NCBI GenBank assembly: GCA_050250895.1 | Contig: JBFWNU010000001.1 | Span: 616,008-680,007, forward strand | DNA length: 64,000 nucleotides | From: Vulcanimicrobiota bacterium | GTDB taxonomy: Bacteria; Vulcanimicrobiota; Xenobia; Xenobiales; JADMJV01 | Reading direction: 5' to 3' | Shown: positions 28,444-39,123 of the stretch, piece after piece | Layout: the number at the start of each line of letters is the position of its first letter | How positions within the stretch are numbered: position 1 is the stretch's first letter | The notes under the pieces: model-generated | What the model was told of the DNA's origin: nothing | The model's input: only the letters and a program-made list of their open reading frames with translations | Database searches by the model: none | Translations under genes and position numbers: made by a program

Positions 28444-28528
28444 CGTTACCTCCAAACTTATCTTGAAGTCAAGACTATCACTGTTTCCCAAGATTGACTA
28501 GATAGCAATTTTGGAACATATTGTTGCC

Positions 28529-29410
28529 ATGGCGACAACAATCCACGAGATGGAGATTCTGGTGGCCGTGGTCAAGGCCGGCAGCTTCACGGCCGCCGCC
28601 AAGACCCTGGGCTTGCCGAAGTCTAGCCTCAGCCGGCGCCTGACCGGGCTCGAGCAGAGGTTGGGGGTGCGCCTGCTCCACCGCTCCACCCGCTCGCTGC
28701 GTTTGACGACTGTGGGTGAAACCTACTTTGACCGGGCTCTGCGGGTGCTGGTCGACATCGAGGACCTCGAATCTCAGGTCTCCGGATTTGCCAAGACGCC
28801 CCGAGGGCTTTTGCGGGTCACCTGTCCGGCTGGCTTGCCGAACCAGACCAGGGCTCTCTTTGCGGCCTTTCTCGAGACTTATCCCGAGGTGCGCCTACAG
28901 CTCGAAGAGACCGACCGGGTGGTCGACCTGGTGGCCGAGGGGTTCGACCTCGCCCTGCGGGGGGGACGGCCTCCTGACCCGACCTTGCAGGGAATGAGAG
29001 TCGGCGGTTCCCCCTCGGTCCTGGTGGCCTCGCCGGCCTACCTCAAGCGTCGTTCGCGCCCCACCAACCTCAAGTCGCTGCACGAGCATGCGCTGCTCAG
29101 CCTTTCCCACCGGCCCTGGCGGCTCAAGTCGGCTCGACGCGAACTAGAAGTCGCCATCACGCCCCGTCTGGTCACCAACAATCTGGCCGGATTGACCTCC
29201 CTGACCGAAAAAGGATTGGGCGTGGCGCTCTTGCCCGGCGGCAACTGCCGGGAGCCCATAGCCCAGGGTCGTCTGGCCCGGGTGTTACCGGCCTGGAGTG
29301 GACCCCGGGCAGAATTCTGGGTGGTCTATCCGAGCCAGCGAGGGATGACCAGCGCCGTCAGGGCCTTTCTCGAACTAGTCAAGAGCTGGGACTTTGATGG
29401 TCCGCTTTGA
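28529..29410 (+). CDS. LysR-family regulator divergent from wrbA
   Basis: [31 protein letters not shown]; [12 protein letters not shown]. Confidence 0.93.
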   Translation: MATTIHEMEILVAVVKAGSFTAAAKTLGLPKSSLSRRLTGLEQRLGVRLLHRSTRSLRLTTVGETYFDRALRVLVDIEDLESQVSGFAKTPRGLLRVTCPAGLPNQTRALFAAFLETYPEVRLQLEETDRVVDLVAEGFDLALRGGRPPDPTLQGMRVGGSPSVLVASPAYLKRRSRPTNLKSLHEHALLSLSHRPWRLKSARRELEVAITPRLVTNNLAGLTSLTEKGLGVALLPGGNCREPIAQGRLARVLPAWSGPRAEFWVVYPSQRGMTSAVRAFLELVKSWDFDGPL

Positions 29411-30356
29411 CGGCCTCGAACTCGGCCGTCTTCTCGCTGGGCAGGCTCTGCTCGAACACATGCAAACCCAACCGAGCCGAGAGGTCCTGGCAGACGCGAA
29501 TGGCGCGCACGCTGTTGCCGCGAGCGTCTAGAGGCGGAGAGAAGACCCCGATCCCCATGCGGCCGGGAACCACTGCCAGCAAACCTCCGCCGACGCCGCT
29601 CTTGGCCGGCAGCCCGACCGAGTAGACCCATTCTCCGGTGTAGTCGTAGAGACCGCAAGTGAACATCACCGAGAGAATGTCGCGCACATAATCGCCTTCG
29701 ATGGCCCGCACGCCCGTGGTCGGGTTGACGCCGCCGTTGGCCAGGGTGGCCGCCATGACGGCCAGGTCGGTAGCGTTGATCAAGAGCGAGCATTGCTGGA
29801 AGTAGAGGTCGAGAATTTCCTCGACTTTCTCTTCGATCATGCCGAAGTTGAGCATGAGGTGGGCGATAGCTCGATTGCGATGGCCGCTGGTGCGCTCGGA
29901 CATGAACACCGACATGTCGGCCAGCACCTCGTGGCCGACATAGGCCCCAAAAGTGTCCAGCACGCGATTGAGCTTCTGGGTTGGGCCCTGCCCCGGCAGC
30001 AGCGCCGTGATGGCGATGGCGCCGGCATTGACCATGGGATTGTACGGCCGCTTGGATTTTTCATCCAGGCGAATGATCGAGTTGAAGGCGTCGCCGGTGG
30101 GCTCGACCCCAACCCGTTCCAGCACGGCCGCGCGGCCCTGGTGCTCCAGCGCCATGCCGTAAACGAACGGCTTGGAGACGCTTTGAATGGTGAAGTTGCG
30201 GCGGCTGTCACCCACCTCCGAGACCTGTCCGTCGACCCCGACCAGACTGATGCCAAACCAGCTGGGGTCGGCCTTGGCCAACTCGGGAATGTAGTTAGCC
30301 ACCACTCCTTCGTCGAGATCGCGATAGCGTTCGTACAGCTGGCTCAATAGCTCCAC
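29379..30356 (-). CDS. glsA: Glutaminase A
   Basis: [42 protein letters not shown]; start approximate. Confidence 0.93.
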   Translation of the reverse strand: MELLSQLYERYRDLDEGVVANYIPELAKADPSWFGISLVGVDGQVSEVGDSRRNFTIQSVSKPFVYGMALEHQGRAAVLERVGVEPTGDAFNSIIRLDEKSKRPYNPMVNAGAIAITALLPGQGPTQKLNRVLDTFGAYVGHEVLADMSVFMSERTSGHRNRAIAHLMLNFGMIEEKVEEILDLYFQQCSLLINATDLAVMAATLANGGVNPTTGVRAIEGDYVRDILSVMFTCGLYDYTGEWVYSVGLPAKSGVGGGLLAVVPGRMGIGVFSPPLDARGNSVRAIRVCQDLSARLGLHVFEQSLPSEKTAEFEAVKADHQSPSS

Positions 30357-30427
30357 AGGCGCGTTTTCGAGGGGGCCTCCCCGGAACCTACCAGCGCGGG
30401 CGTTGCAAAATCGGCCTGGCTGCCCTG

Positions 30428-30676
30428 TTGCCAGCTTGCACGCAGCCGACATCCCGGGCCAACCCGGCCACGCCCACGGCCGCCGCCACCCCGTTGACCA
30501 CCGAAGAGAAGGCCCGAGAAGTCGTCAAGAACTACTTCGAAGCCAAGATCAAGGGCGGGGCCGAAGGCAGCCAAATCTGCCGCTACCTGTTCTTGTCCGA
30601 ACAAGACCCCGACATGGTCTCGGGCAAAGAGAAGGCATGTGTTGAGCGCCTTGTGATCGAGCTAATTTTCGAGTAG
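30428..30676 (+). CDS. Possible small lipoprotein-like protein or gene remnant
   Basis: In-frame upstream [11 protein letters not shown] resembles a lipobox but no clear start codon; codon usage looks gene-like. Confidence 0.35.
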   Translation: MPACTQPTSRANPATPTAAATPLTTEEKAREVVKNYFEAKIKGGAEGSQICRYLFLSEQDPDMVSGKEKACVERLVIELIFE

Positions 30677-30719
30677 GCTAGTGTCGCGCCGGCCGACGGC
30701 GAATAGTATCAGCAAGACA

Positions 30720-32000
30720 ATGGCGTTACTTCTGGTTGGGTTGAACCACAAGACCGCTCCCATCGAACTGCGGGAGAAGGTCAGTATGTCTCCTGAGGAC
30801 GTGCCCGAACTGCTGGCAGCCTTTCGTCGCTGCGAAGGGGTCGGTGAGTGCGCCATTCTTTCCACCTGCAACCGCACCGAACTCTATGCGGTGACCGAGA
30901 CCGATCCGGCCAGCTGCGGCCACGGTATTCAGCGTTTTCTCGAGCAATCGCGCCACCTCAACGGGGCAACCCTCGAGACGCACCTCTACCAACACCAGGA
31001 CCAGATCGCCATCAATCACCTCTTCTCGGTGTCGAGCGGACTCGACTCGCTGATCCTGGGCGAAAACCAGATCCTCGGACAGGTGCGCAAGGCCTATATG
31101 GCCGCCAGGGAGGCCCGGGTCACCGGGCCTTTCCTCGACCGTCTTTTCCCCTGGGCCCTACGAGTCGGCAAGCGGGCTCGTTCGCAAACCCGCATCTGCC
31201 AGGGCGCCTCGAGCGTGAGCGCGGCTGCCGTCGAGTTGGCCCAGAAAATCTTCGGAGACCTCAAGGGCCGGCGGTTGATGCTGCTGGGGGCCGGCAAGAT
31301 GACCCGCAAATCGCTCAAGCTCTTGCTGGCGGCCGGGGTCGAGCGAGTCAAAGTCGTGAACCGCACTTTCTCGCGGGCCAGTGAGATGGCCGAGCAGTGT
31401 GGCGGAGAGGCGGTGCCTTTCGAAGACCTGGACAAGGCCTTAGCCGAAGTCGACGTGCTGATCTCTTCCACCGGAGCGCCTCACTACGTGGTGACCAAGG
31501 AGAGAATGGGTCAGGTGATGCGGGCCCGCCGCGGCCGCCCGATTTTTCTGGTGGACATCGCCGTGCCCCGCGACTTCGACCCCGCCTGCGGCGAGCTCGA
31601 CAACGTCTACCTCTATAACATCGACGACCTCCAATCGGCCGTCGACCAGAATCTGGCCCGCCGCCATGACGAGGTCAAGCAGGTGCTGGCCATCATCGAA
31701 AGCGAGACCGAAGAGTTCTTCCGCTATGTCGAAGGGCGCCAGGCCAGCTCGGCCATCGTCCATCTGCGCTCGGGTTTTGACAGCATCCGCGAGCGCGAAC
31801 TCGAGCGTTTTACCAAGAAACACAAGCTCACTCCCGAACAGGCCGCTCTGGTCGAGAGGTTCTCGCAATCTCTGGTCAACAAACTGCTGCACCAGCCGAC
31901 CCAACGACTCAAGCAACTAGGGGGCGGGGGTGCGTGTCCCGAAGAGCTGACCAGATCCCTGGAGATTCTGGGCCTCTCGGGACATGAGGAGCTTGAATGA
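30720..32000 (+). CDS. hemA: Glutamyl-tRNA reductase
   Basis: GLNHKTAP..LRE, STCNRTE, GENQILGQ, GAGKM, DIAVPRD. Confidence 0.96.
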   Translation: MALLLVGLNHKTAPIELREKVSMSPEDVPELLAAFRRCEGVGECAILSTCNRTELYAVTETDPASCGHGIQRFLEQSRHLNGATLETHLYQHQDQIAINHLFSVSSGLDSLILGENQILGQVRKAYMAAREARVTGPFLDRLFPWALRVGKRARSQTRICQGASSVSAAAVELAQKIFGDLKGRRLMLLGAGKMTRKSLKLLLAAGVERVKVVNRTFSRASEMAEQCGGEAVPFEDLDKALAEVDVLISSTGAPHYVVTKERMGQVMRARRGRPIFLVDIAVPRDFDPACGELDNVYLYNIDDLQSAVDQNLARRHDEVKQVLAIIESETEEFFRYVEGRQASSAIVHLRSGFDSIRERELERFTKKHKLTPEQAALVERFSQSLVNKLLHQPTQRLKQLGGGGACPEELTRSLEILGLSGHEELE

Positions 32001-32779
32001 AACCCGCCCTGGTGGTCCTGGGGATCTCGTCCCTGGGATACTTACTGGCTACTGTTGGCATTCAGCGCCAGACCTTCATCCAGAATCGCGGTGATCTGGC
32101 GGGGTGGCGCAAATTGTTGTGGGGTGCGCTGGCACTGCACACCCTTGGCCTGTTCCTCTTCATCCTGTCGGTGGGGCGGTTGCCTATCGGCCATATCGAA
32201 GAGACCATCGCCCCCCTGGGTTGGGTCGTCATGGCCCTCTACCTGATCTTTGGAGAACGTTGGCGGGTCGAGGTCGTGGGCACTGTGGCCGCCCCCGCCG
32301 CCTTTGCGATGACCGCTTTCTCGGCCTTTGCCCTGTGGGGACAGCAGGCTCAAGCTCCCCATAACAGCTGGATCACCGTGCATGTATTGTCGATCATCGC
32401 CGGCTATGCCGCCTTCTCATTGGCCGCCTTTTGTGCCCTGCTCTATTTCATCCAGTCGCGATTGCTCAAGCAAAAGAAACTGGGCGGCGTGCTGGGAGTA
32501 CTGCCCCCACTAGAAACCCTCGATCAGGTCTCTTATCGACTGATTCGCGGTGGCTTTCCTTTCATGGTGCTGGGAATCGTCACCGGCCTGTTGCTCAACC
32601 ACTGGCACTGGGACTGGGATTTTCAGCAGACTCTGGTGGCCGCCACCGGCGCCGTCTACACGCTTTACCTGCACGCCCGTATCGCCGGCTGGCACGGTCG
32701 TCAAGTCAACATGATGCTACTGGTCGCCTTCGGCTGTGTGCTGGTCAGCTTCATCGTCCCCGGAGGAGTGCACCGATGA
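31997..32779 (+). CDS. ccsA: Cytochrome c assembly / HemX-CcsA family membrane protein
   Basis: Multiple TM helices, WITVH, LPPLETLD, Trp-rich WHWDWD, terminal H; between hemA and hemC. Confidence 0.8.
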   Translation: MKPALVVLGISSLGYLLATVGIQRQTFIQNRGDLAGWRKLLWGALALHTLGLFLFILSVGRLPIGHIEETIAPLGWVVMALYLIFGERWRVEVVGTVAAPAAFAMTAFSAFALWGQQAQAPHNSWITVHVLSIIAGYAAFSLAAFCALLYFIQSRLLKQKKLGGVLGVLPPLETLDQVSYRLIRGGFPFMVLGIVTGLLLNHWHWDWDFQQTLVAATGAVYTLYLHARIAGWHGRQVNMMLLVAFGCVLVSFIVPGGVHR

Positions 32780-33669
32780 AACTGCGCCTGGGAACAAGAG
32801 GTAGCAAGCTAGCGCTGACCCAGTCCAGAGGGGTGGCTGCCGACCTCGAGGCCGCCTGTTCAGGCCTGGAAGTCGAGGTGATCATTATCAAGACCCACGG
32901 TGATCGCGACCAGAATTCGGCTCTGTCGAGCTTTCCGGGCAAGGGTATCTTCACCAAGGAAATCGAGGATGAACTGCTCGCCGGGGGCATCGACTTCGCC
33001 GTGCACAGCCTCAAGGATCTGCCCACCGAATTGCCGGAGGGACTGTGCCTGGCGCCCTCGCCGCCCCGGGCCGACCCGCGCGACGTACTCATCTCCGCGA
33101 CGGCTCTAAACGACCTGCCCCTTGGGGCCGTGGTGGGGACTGGTAGCGCCCGCCGCCGATGTCAACTGCAGGCGGCCCGACCAGACCTCGAATTTCGCGA
33201 GATTCGGGGCAACGTGCCCACCCGGGTACGCAAGTGGCGAGAGGGTTCCTACGACGCGGTGGTGCTGGCCATGGCCGGGGTGCGGCGGCTGGGACTCGAG
33301 GCAGCCGGACTGCTCGAATCCGAAATCCATCCCCTCTCACCCCGACTATGCCTGCCCGCCCCGGGTCAGGGCATTCTCGGTCTCGAGATTCGCCAGGGCG
33401 ATCAGGCCACGCTCGAGTTCCTGGGCCGTCTCTGTTCACCCGAGGCCGAAACCGCCAGCCAGGCTGAGCGCTCTTTCCTTCGCACCCTGGGCGGCGGCTG
33501 CCATATTCCGGCGGGAGCCCTGGCCCGGCTCGAGTCCGACGTATTAGTGGCCGATGGGTTCCTGGGCACCGAGAGCGGCCACATCCATCGCCATCGAGTC
33601 GAGGGCCGGCCCGACCAGGCCGAGGCTCTGGGACAAAGTCTGGCGGCCTACCTGATGGAGCGGGCTTGA
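32776..33669 (+). CDS. hemC: Hydroxymethylbilane synthase
   Basis: GTRGSKLALTQ, KGIFTKE, VHSLKD, IRGNV, LGGGC. Confidence 0.96.
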   Translation: MKLRLGTRGSKLALTQSRGVAADLEAACSGLEVEVIIIKTHGDRDQNSALSSFPGKGIFTKEIEDELLAGGIDFAVHSLKDLPTELPEGLCLAPSPPRADPRDVLISATALNDLPLGAVVGTGSARRRCQLQAARPDLEFREIRGNVPTRVRKWREGSYDAVVLAMAGVRRLGLEAAGLLESEIHPLSPRLCLPAPGQGILGLEIRQGDQATLEFLGRLCSPEAETASQAERSFLRTLGGGCHIPAGALARLESDVLVADGFLGTESGHIHRHRVEGRPDQAEALGQSLAAYLMERA

Positions 33670-34700
33670 CCAACGAGCCGTTGCTGGCTCAAGCTCGCTT
33701 TCTGGGGCTCGATCCGACCGCTCGGGTGGCTCTCGTCAATCAGCCCGTCGAGGTCTGGGACAGCTGGCTTGACCTACCTGCCCACCTGCTGATCGGTCCG
33801 GGTTGCGGCTCGCTGACCGAGGTGGTGGCGGGCCTCGAGCTGGCCGGCCTGGGGCCCCATCACCAGTTGACCGCCTGCGACGCCCGCGGCCGCCTCTTCG
33901 AGCCGGCCCAGGAGGAGCCCCCCAACTGGCTGTTGCTGGTGGGCCCGCGTCCCGCCCAGGCGGGCTGGGCCGAGCGGCTACCCCTCTTCGGCAAACACCT
34001 GGTGGTGACCCGAGCCCCTGAGCAATCGGGACGGCTGGTCGAGGCGCTCGAACAACTGGGAGCCATCGTCCATCGTTTTCCGGTGTTGCGCTTCGTGGAG
34101 CCTCCCGATCTCGACGAGGTCTATGCGACCTTGCGACGCCCGTTTGACTGGATCGTCTTGACCAGCCCCAACGGAGTCGACTTTCTGGTCCGTCATCTCG
34201 ACCACGCCGGGCTCGACCTGCGTAGTCTGGGCGGAGCCAGGCTGGCAGCCATCGGCACCGGCACGGCCGGCCGCCTGGAGCGGTACCATCTGCGCGCCGA
34301 TCTCATCCCCCAACGCTTCGTGGCTGAGGGGCTCGTCGAAGCCCTGAGCGACCACGACCTGAAAGGCCAGCGCATCCTGTTGCCCCGGGCAGCCGTGGCT
34401 CGCGACACGCTGCCGGGCGAGTTGACGGCCCGAGGAGCCGAGGTCCAGGTGCTGGCCACCTATGTGACCTTGCCTCCCGATCCAGCCCCCGAACTGCCGC
34501 CGCACATCGACCTGGTGCTTTTCACCTCCTCCTCGACGGTCACCAACTTTCATCGCCTCTCAGGCAGCAGCGGGCTCGACTGCGCAGCCATCGGTCCGGT
34601 CACGGCGGCCACCGCCCGCGAGCTAGGCTATCAGGTGGTGGTTGAAGCCGACCCTCACACCATCGACGGGTTGGTGGCGGCCGTTTCTACTTTTTTTTAG
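33666..34700 (+). CDS. hemD: Uroporphyrinogen-III synthase with ~105-aa N-terminal extension
   Basis: PLFGKHLVVTR, TSPNGV, AAIG..T, FTSSSTV, IGPVT. Confidence 0.85.
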   Translation: MTNEPLLAQARFLGLDPTARVALVNQPVEVWDSWLDLPAHLLIGPGCGSLTEVVAGLELAGLGPHHQLTACDARGRLFEPAQEEPPNWLLLVGPRPAQAGWAERLPLFGKHLVVTRAPEQSGRLVEALEQLGAIVHRFPVLRFVEPPDLDEVYATLRRPFDWIVLTSPNGVDFLVRHLDHAGLDLRSLGGARLAAIGTGTAGRLERYHLRADLIPQRFVAEGLVEALSDHDLKGQRILLPRAAVARDTLPGELTARGAEVQVLATYVTLPPDPAPELPPHIDLVLFTSSSTVTNFHRLSGSSGLDCAAIGPVTAATARELGYQVVVEADPHTIDGLVAAVSTFF

Positions 34701-34725
34701 GCATCGCGGCTAAGCTGGAAGAACT

Positions 34726-35445
34726 ATGATGATCCACGCCGCCTCCCTTGTTCCTGTACGCCGGGCTGCCCCTCTTTCGACCCGGCAGGTCGCCTCGATG
34801 ATCGACCACACCAACCTCAAGCCCGAGGCCACCCGCGACGACATTCTGGCCGCTTGCGAAGTGGCCAAGAAGCACAAGACCGCCTCGGTCTGCGTCAATC
34901 CGTACCGGGTCAAGTTGGCTGCCGACGCCCTCATCGGAAGCGGCGTGGCCGTGTGCAGCGTGATCGGATTTCCGCTGGGGGCCACCACTACCGCCCAGAA
35001 AGCCTTCGAGACTCGCAGCGCTATCGCCGACGGAGCTGACGAGATCGACATGGTCATGAATATCGGAGCCTTCAAAGACGGCGACTACGACACCGTCCGT
35101 TCAGACATCGCGGCGGTGGTAGAAGCGGCCGGCGGTCACACCGTAAAAGTCATTCTCGAGAATCACTACCTGCAGCCGGACGAGATCGTCCAGGCCTGCC
35201 ATTTGGTCGAAGAAGGCGGCGCCCACTTCGTCAAAACCTCGACCGGCTTTGCGGGCAGCGGGGCTAAGCTAGAGGATGTCGCCCTGATGCGAGCGTCGGT
35301 CTCGCCCCACATCAAGGTCAAGGCGGCCGGCGGAGTCGGTAGCCTGGAAGACGCTCGCCAGATGGCCGACGCCGGAGCCGACCGTTTCGGCGCCAGCCGG
35401 ACCGAGAAGATCCTGGCCGGAGAAGAGGCCGGCGCGGGGTATTAA
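34726..35445 (+). CDS. deoC: Deoxyribose-phosphate aldolase
   Basis: IDHTNLK, VIGFPLG, EIDMV, VKVILE, FVKTSTGF, VKAAGG. Confidence 0.95.
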   Translation: MMIHAASLVPVRRAAPLSTRQVASMIDHTNLKPEATRDDILAACEVAKKHKTASVCVNPYRVKLAADALIGSGVAVCSVIGFPLGATTTAQKAFETRSAIADGADEIDMVMNIGAFKDGDYDTVRSDIAAVVEAAGGHTVKVILENHYLQPDEIVQACHLVEEGGAHFVKTSTGFAGSGAKLEDVALMRASVSPHIKVKAAGGVGSLEDARQMADAGADRFGASRTEKILAGEEAGAGY

Positions 35446-35486
35446 TCAGGGGGTCGTCCCCAGGCCGACAGGCTGAGGCGGGAGCT

Positions 35487-36287
35487 CTATTGGTGGCGAA
35501 GATACCATTCGGGCAAGAAGCCCTGAGTTCCGAGGATCTCTTCCATGGTGAGTTCTTCAAAGCCCGCCTGAGATAGGCGCTGGACTTCTCCGCTGATGCA
35601 GGCCAGGACCGTCTCGCGGTCGAGGGGCTTGCCGTGAGCGGTTTCGACGGGCACGCCCTTCTCGAGGGCGTCGCGCACTTCGTAAACACAACCTTTGCTG
35701 ACTTCCCAGCCAGGAGCAACCACTACCCGATCGGCCAACTGGTGAACCACGTCCAGCCAGTGCTCGAGATACATCTGCTGGGTCCAGCCAGGCATGCTGA
35801 TCTCGGAGGGGTCCATGACCAGTCCCAGTTCGGGCACGTCACGCAGGCATTCGGCGATACTGAACGCCTGGTCGGTATTGCCCCCAATGACGTCGCGGGC
35901 GAAGTCTGCCTGCTCTTGCTCGGCTAACTGCGACTTGCTCCTCTTGCCACGATCAGCCAAAAAATCGTACTTCCGAGTGCCCCCCGTGACCGGGGTGCTC
36001 ATGTACGTGATGGGCCGGCCGTTGGCGAATTCGCGACAAGCGCCGATAAACTGTTGGGTGAACTCTTCGCGGGTGAGGCTCAAAGGCGAGGAGATCTCGG
36101 CGAACTCTTCGGGCACGTCATCGCGCCCGGCCAGAGTCTGTAGCGCGGCCAGTTCGACTTTGCTGGGCACCCGGCTGGGACTGAATCGGTCCACGGGAAT
36201 CCCGTTCTTGAGAGCGGCCTGACCCACCACGGAGAGCATGCGAGCCAAAGACTTGAAGTTGACTGACGGCAGACCGTTGACTTGCAT
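35487..36287 (-). CDS. Hypothetical protein with DUF4406/DUF1937-like (N-deoxyribosyltransferase fold) C-terminal domain
   Basis: YMSTPVTG ... PGWEVSKGCVYEV..A...GVPV pattern; GGAGG upstream of ATG 36287. Confidence 0.6.
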   Translation of the reverse strand: MQVNGLPSVNFKSLARMLSVVGQAALKNGIPVDRFSPSRVPSKVELAALQTLAGRDDVPEEFAEISSPLSLTREEFTQQFIGACREFANGRPITYMSTPVTGGTRKYDFLADRGKRSKSQLAEQEQADFARDVIGGNTDQAFSIAECLRDVPELGLVMDPSEISMPGWTQQMYLEHWLDVVHQLADRVVVAPGWEVSKGCVYEVRDALEKGVPVETAHGKPLDRETVLACISGEVQRLSQAGFEELTMEEILGTQGFLPEWYLRHQ

Positions 36288-36383
36288 GGTGGCGTGTTCC
36301 TCCCTGCACAGGGTATCCGGGCGGCCTAAAATTTCCATGAAAGCGGGGTTGCCAGCCGTCTCGAACATCTGTATGATAGCAAG

Positions 36384-36833
36384 GTGAGCTTGAAAAATAA
36401 TCAAGAAACCCGCAGGTCATCCCCGGGCTTTGAAAAAGGGATGCGCACTGGTCTTGACTCGCGTCAGACCCTGGCCTCCCTGGTAGAACAAGAGGGATTT
36501 CCTGTGCCACCAGGTCTCGAGTCGCCCGGTCGACTGCTGCAAGGTCCTCACGTCTGTGGCGGAGACCTCTGCGATCTCTTGCCGGGCTGGGAAGCCATCG
36601 CACTGGTCTCGCCCCACGGCGAGAAAATCGTCCTGCAAGCGGATGGCCGCGTGACCTTTCACGTGCCTCCCGGCTGGCGTCTGATGGTGAGTTCGCTACC
36701 GATTCGCACCGAGCAGGTGGTCACTCAGACCGTCGACTTCGACGGCCAACTGCAGCAGTGTGAGCAATGCCGCACGGTGACGCGCCTGGATCACATTCCG
36801 CTGATCTATCAAGAGGCCGAAGGACTCGGTTAG
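36384..36833 (+). CDS. Hypothetical protein
   Basis: 149-aa ORF filling the gap; TATGAT 6 nt before GTG; CEQC. Confidence 0.55.
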   Translation: MSLKNNQETRRSSPGFEKGMRTGLDSRQTLASLVEQEGFPVPPGLESPGRLLQGPHVCGGDLCDLLPGWEAIALVSPHGEKIVLQADGRVTFHVPPGWRLMVSSLPIRTEQVVTQTVDFDGQLQQCEQCRTVTRLDHIPLIYQEAEGLG

Positions 36834-36875
36834 AGTCGCGGAGGCCTGGGCCGCCCCTTGCAGAATGGGGCAAGC

Positions 36876-38618
36876 ATGAGACCGTTTCTGACCTGCCTGC
36901 TGCTACTGACGCTGCCCTGCTGGGCGACCCCTCCCCTGGTCTCGAAGGCCCAGCTGTTCAAAGGCTCGGAAGGCCCGACCGAGATCGGCTTCGACAAAGC
37001 CGGTCGGGCCTACGTGCTCTATGGGCGCCAGGGCTACATCGATGTCTACAACAGCGACGGACATCGCCTGGAACGGCGGGGCAGCAAGGCCACCGATCGC
37101 GAGGCTCCCGACGAAATTCGGGTAGTCTCGCAGTGGGTCGGCCGGATGGCCAAGAGCCTGCTACTGGCCGAGGACCCCCGGCAAGGCCAGCTGGAGTGGG
37201 TACTCATTCCAGAAGACGATCGCATCGACGTTCTTCGTCTCACCGACTGCCCCACCGAGCTGAGCGGATTGGGCGCTATCGCCAGAGATCTGGCCGGCCG
37301 CATCTTCGTGTATCATGAACAGACTCATACCATCTATGTCTTTGGTGGCACCACTGGCAAGTTTCAGTCCAAACTCTCGTTGGCTGGCAATGGTCGTCGG
37401 GTCCTGCAATTTGCTGTCGATAGTCGCCACAACTACTACCTGCTCGGCCTCAACGGGCTGGATGTCTTCGGTCCCGACGGCTCCCCTGCCTACAACTTCC
37501 CAGGAGTCCAAGCCTTTTACCTGACTGGAGCCGACCGCCTGGCCGCCGGGGGGGACGGATGGATCCGTCGCTATCGACCCGGCGGCAGTCTCGAGCTTGA
37601 CCTCGACGCGCCTCGCGAAGGCAAGGGCAAAACCGTCAGTGCCATCTCGCTTGACGACGAAGAGAACATCACCATCTATTACCGCGACCCGGTCGAGGGC
37701 TCAGGCAGTATCGTGCTGCTCAAGCCTGACGGCACCTTCAAGCAAGACTTTGTCCAACCGATTCGCATCCCGTCCTCCCCCGACCCCGGCTTTCGTCTCG
37801 ACTACCAGAGCCGTCTCCACGTCTGGAACCAGCAGCGCCACAAGTCACTGAAGTTTCACCCCGGCGGCAAGGTCGAGCGCAACCTGAGCTATGTGCCCAC
37901 CCCAGACCCCAAAGGATTGATGGTCGCCGCCACCGACATGGCCGTCAGTCCCGACGGGACCGTCTGGATCGCCGATCCGTCCAACTTCCGCCTGCAGCGC
38001 TTCGACTACGATCAGGGTGGCTGGCTCAAGCCCATCACGGTGGGAATCCGCGACGGCGCCAAGCGCGCTCACCCACGCCATCTGGCGGTGGACGGCAAAG
38101 GCTACCTTCTTTGCGTGGTCTATCCTCCCGACAATCGGGGTCAGATCGTGCTCCATCGGCGCGATCCATCCGGCAAACTGCTGGGACAGCAAGATCTGGG
38201 CCCGGCCAGCCAGGACTCGGTGGTCAAGGTGGCTGTGAGCCCCAACGGAGACTTCTTCGTCTACAACTCGTCGGGCGACAGCGGCGCCCCACAACTCAAA
38301 CGTTTCACCGCCCGAGGGGGCGAGATCGCCACGGTGGGCGGCTCGGACAAGAATTTCCATCTGCCCAACAAGTTCACCAGCCGGGTGGCCCTGAGCGTCG
38401 ACCAGGATCTTCTGCCCTGGCACGGCGGGTTGCTCATTCCCTACTACGGACAGTTCCTGGTCCTGAGCGATCGGCTGCAGGTCCGCGAACTGATCGATTT
38501 TAAGGCCCCCCGAGAGTTCGTAACCCCCGAATTTGGCGGCTCGACCATCTACAAAAACACGCTCTATCTCACCGACATCTCGAATCGCTGCGTCCACAAG
38601 ATCCCGCTACCCCAGTGA
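36876..38618 (+). CDS. Secreted NHL-repeat beta-propeller protein
   Basis: Signal peptide; repeats such as MAVSPDGTVWIADPSNFRLQRF, LAVDGKG, LTDISNRCVHK. Confidence 0.8.
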   Translation: MRPFLTCLLLLTLPCWATPPLVSKAQLFKGSEGPTEIGFDKAGRAYVLYGRQGYIDVYNSDGHRLERRGSKATDREAPDEIRVVSQWVGRMAKSLLLAEDPRQGQLEWVLIPEDDRIDVLRLTDCPTELSGLGAIARDLAGRIFVYHEQTHTIYVFGGTTGKFQSKLSLAGNGRRVLQFAVDSRHNYYLLGLNGLDVFGPDGSPAYNFPGVQAFYLTGADRLAAGGDGWIRRYRPGGSLELDLDAPREGKGKTVSAISLDDEENITIYYRDPVEGSGSIVLLKPDGTFKQDFVQPIRIPSSPDPGFRLDYQSRLHVWNQQRHKSLKFHPGGKVERNLSYVPTPDPKGLMVAATDMAVSPDGTVWIADPSNFRLQRFDYDQGGWLKPITVGIRDGAKRAHPRHLAVDGKGYLLCVVYPPDNRGQIVLHRRDPSGKLLGQQDLGPASQDSVVKVAVSPNGDFFVYNSSGDSGAPQLKRFTARGGEIATVGGSDKNFHLPNKFTSRVALSVDQDLLPWHGGLLIPYYGQFLVLSDRLQVRELIDFKAPREFVTPEFGGSTIYKNTLYLTDISNRCVHKIPLPQ

Positions 38619-38652
38619 AGGCTCCCGAAGGCGTCTGTCGAACCGTACCCTC

Positions 38653-39123
38653 ATGCTGCCCAATGAACGACAAGCCCGCATCCATCGCGACCGCGCTCAC
38701 CGACTGGCCAACGATTGCCGGATGGCCGAGGCCATCGACGAGTTACGTCTGGCGGTAGGCCACGATACTCGCGACGGACGTACGTGGCAGCTGCTGGGTC
38801 AACTCTACGGCGCAGCGGGTTACCACGAGCAAGCGGTCTCTTATATCCAACTGGCGCTAGCCGAAGACTTCAACAACATGGCGGCCTGGATCGTATTGAT
38901 CAATCTCTACGCTCAGATCGGCGGCCCCTACTTCGAGCTAGCTCTCGAGCAGGTCGATCTGGCCAAAGAGGTCAACGATCGCATTCCGGATTTACACTAT
39001 CTCGAGGGCAACATTCTGGCTCAACGTGGCGAGATGGATGCGGCCAGGCGAGCCCTGCAAAAGGCTCTCGAACTCAACCCGGGCCATCAGCACGCGGCCA
39101 ACGATCTGGCCGCTATCAGCTAA
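38653..39123 (+). CDS. TPR protein
   Basis: TWQLLGQLY, LHYLEGNIL..RG....A...LQKALELNP. Confidence 0.75.
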   Translation: MLPNERQARIHRDRAHRLANDCRMAEAIDELRLAVGHDTRDGRTWQLLGQLYGAAGYHEQAVSYIQLALAEDFNNMAAWIVLINLYAQIGGPYFELALEQVDLAKEVNDRIPDLHYLEGNILAQRGEMDAARRALQKALELNPGHQHAANDLAAIS

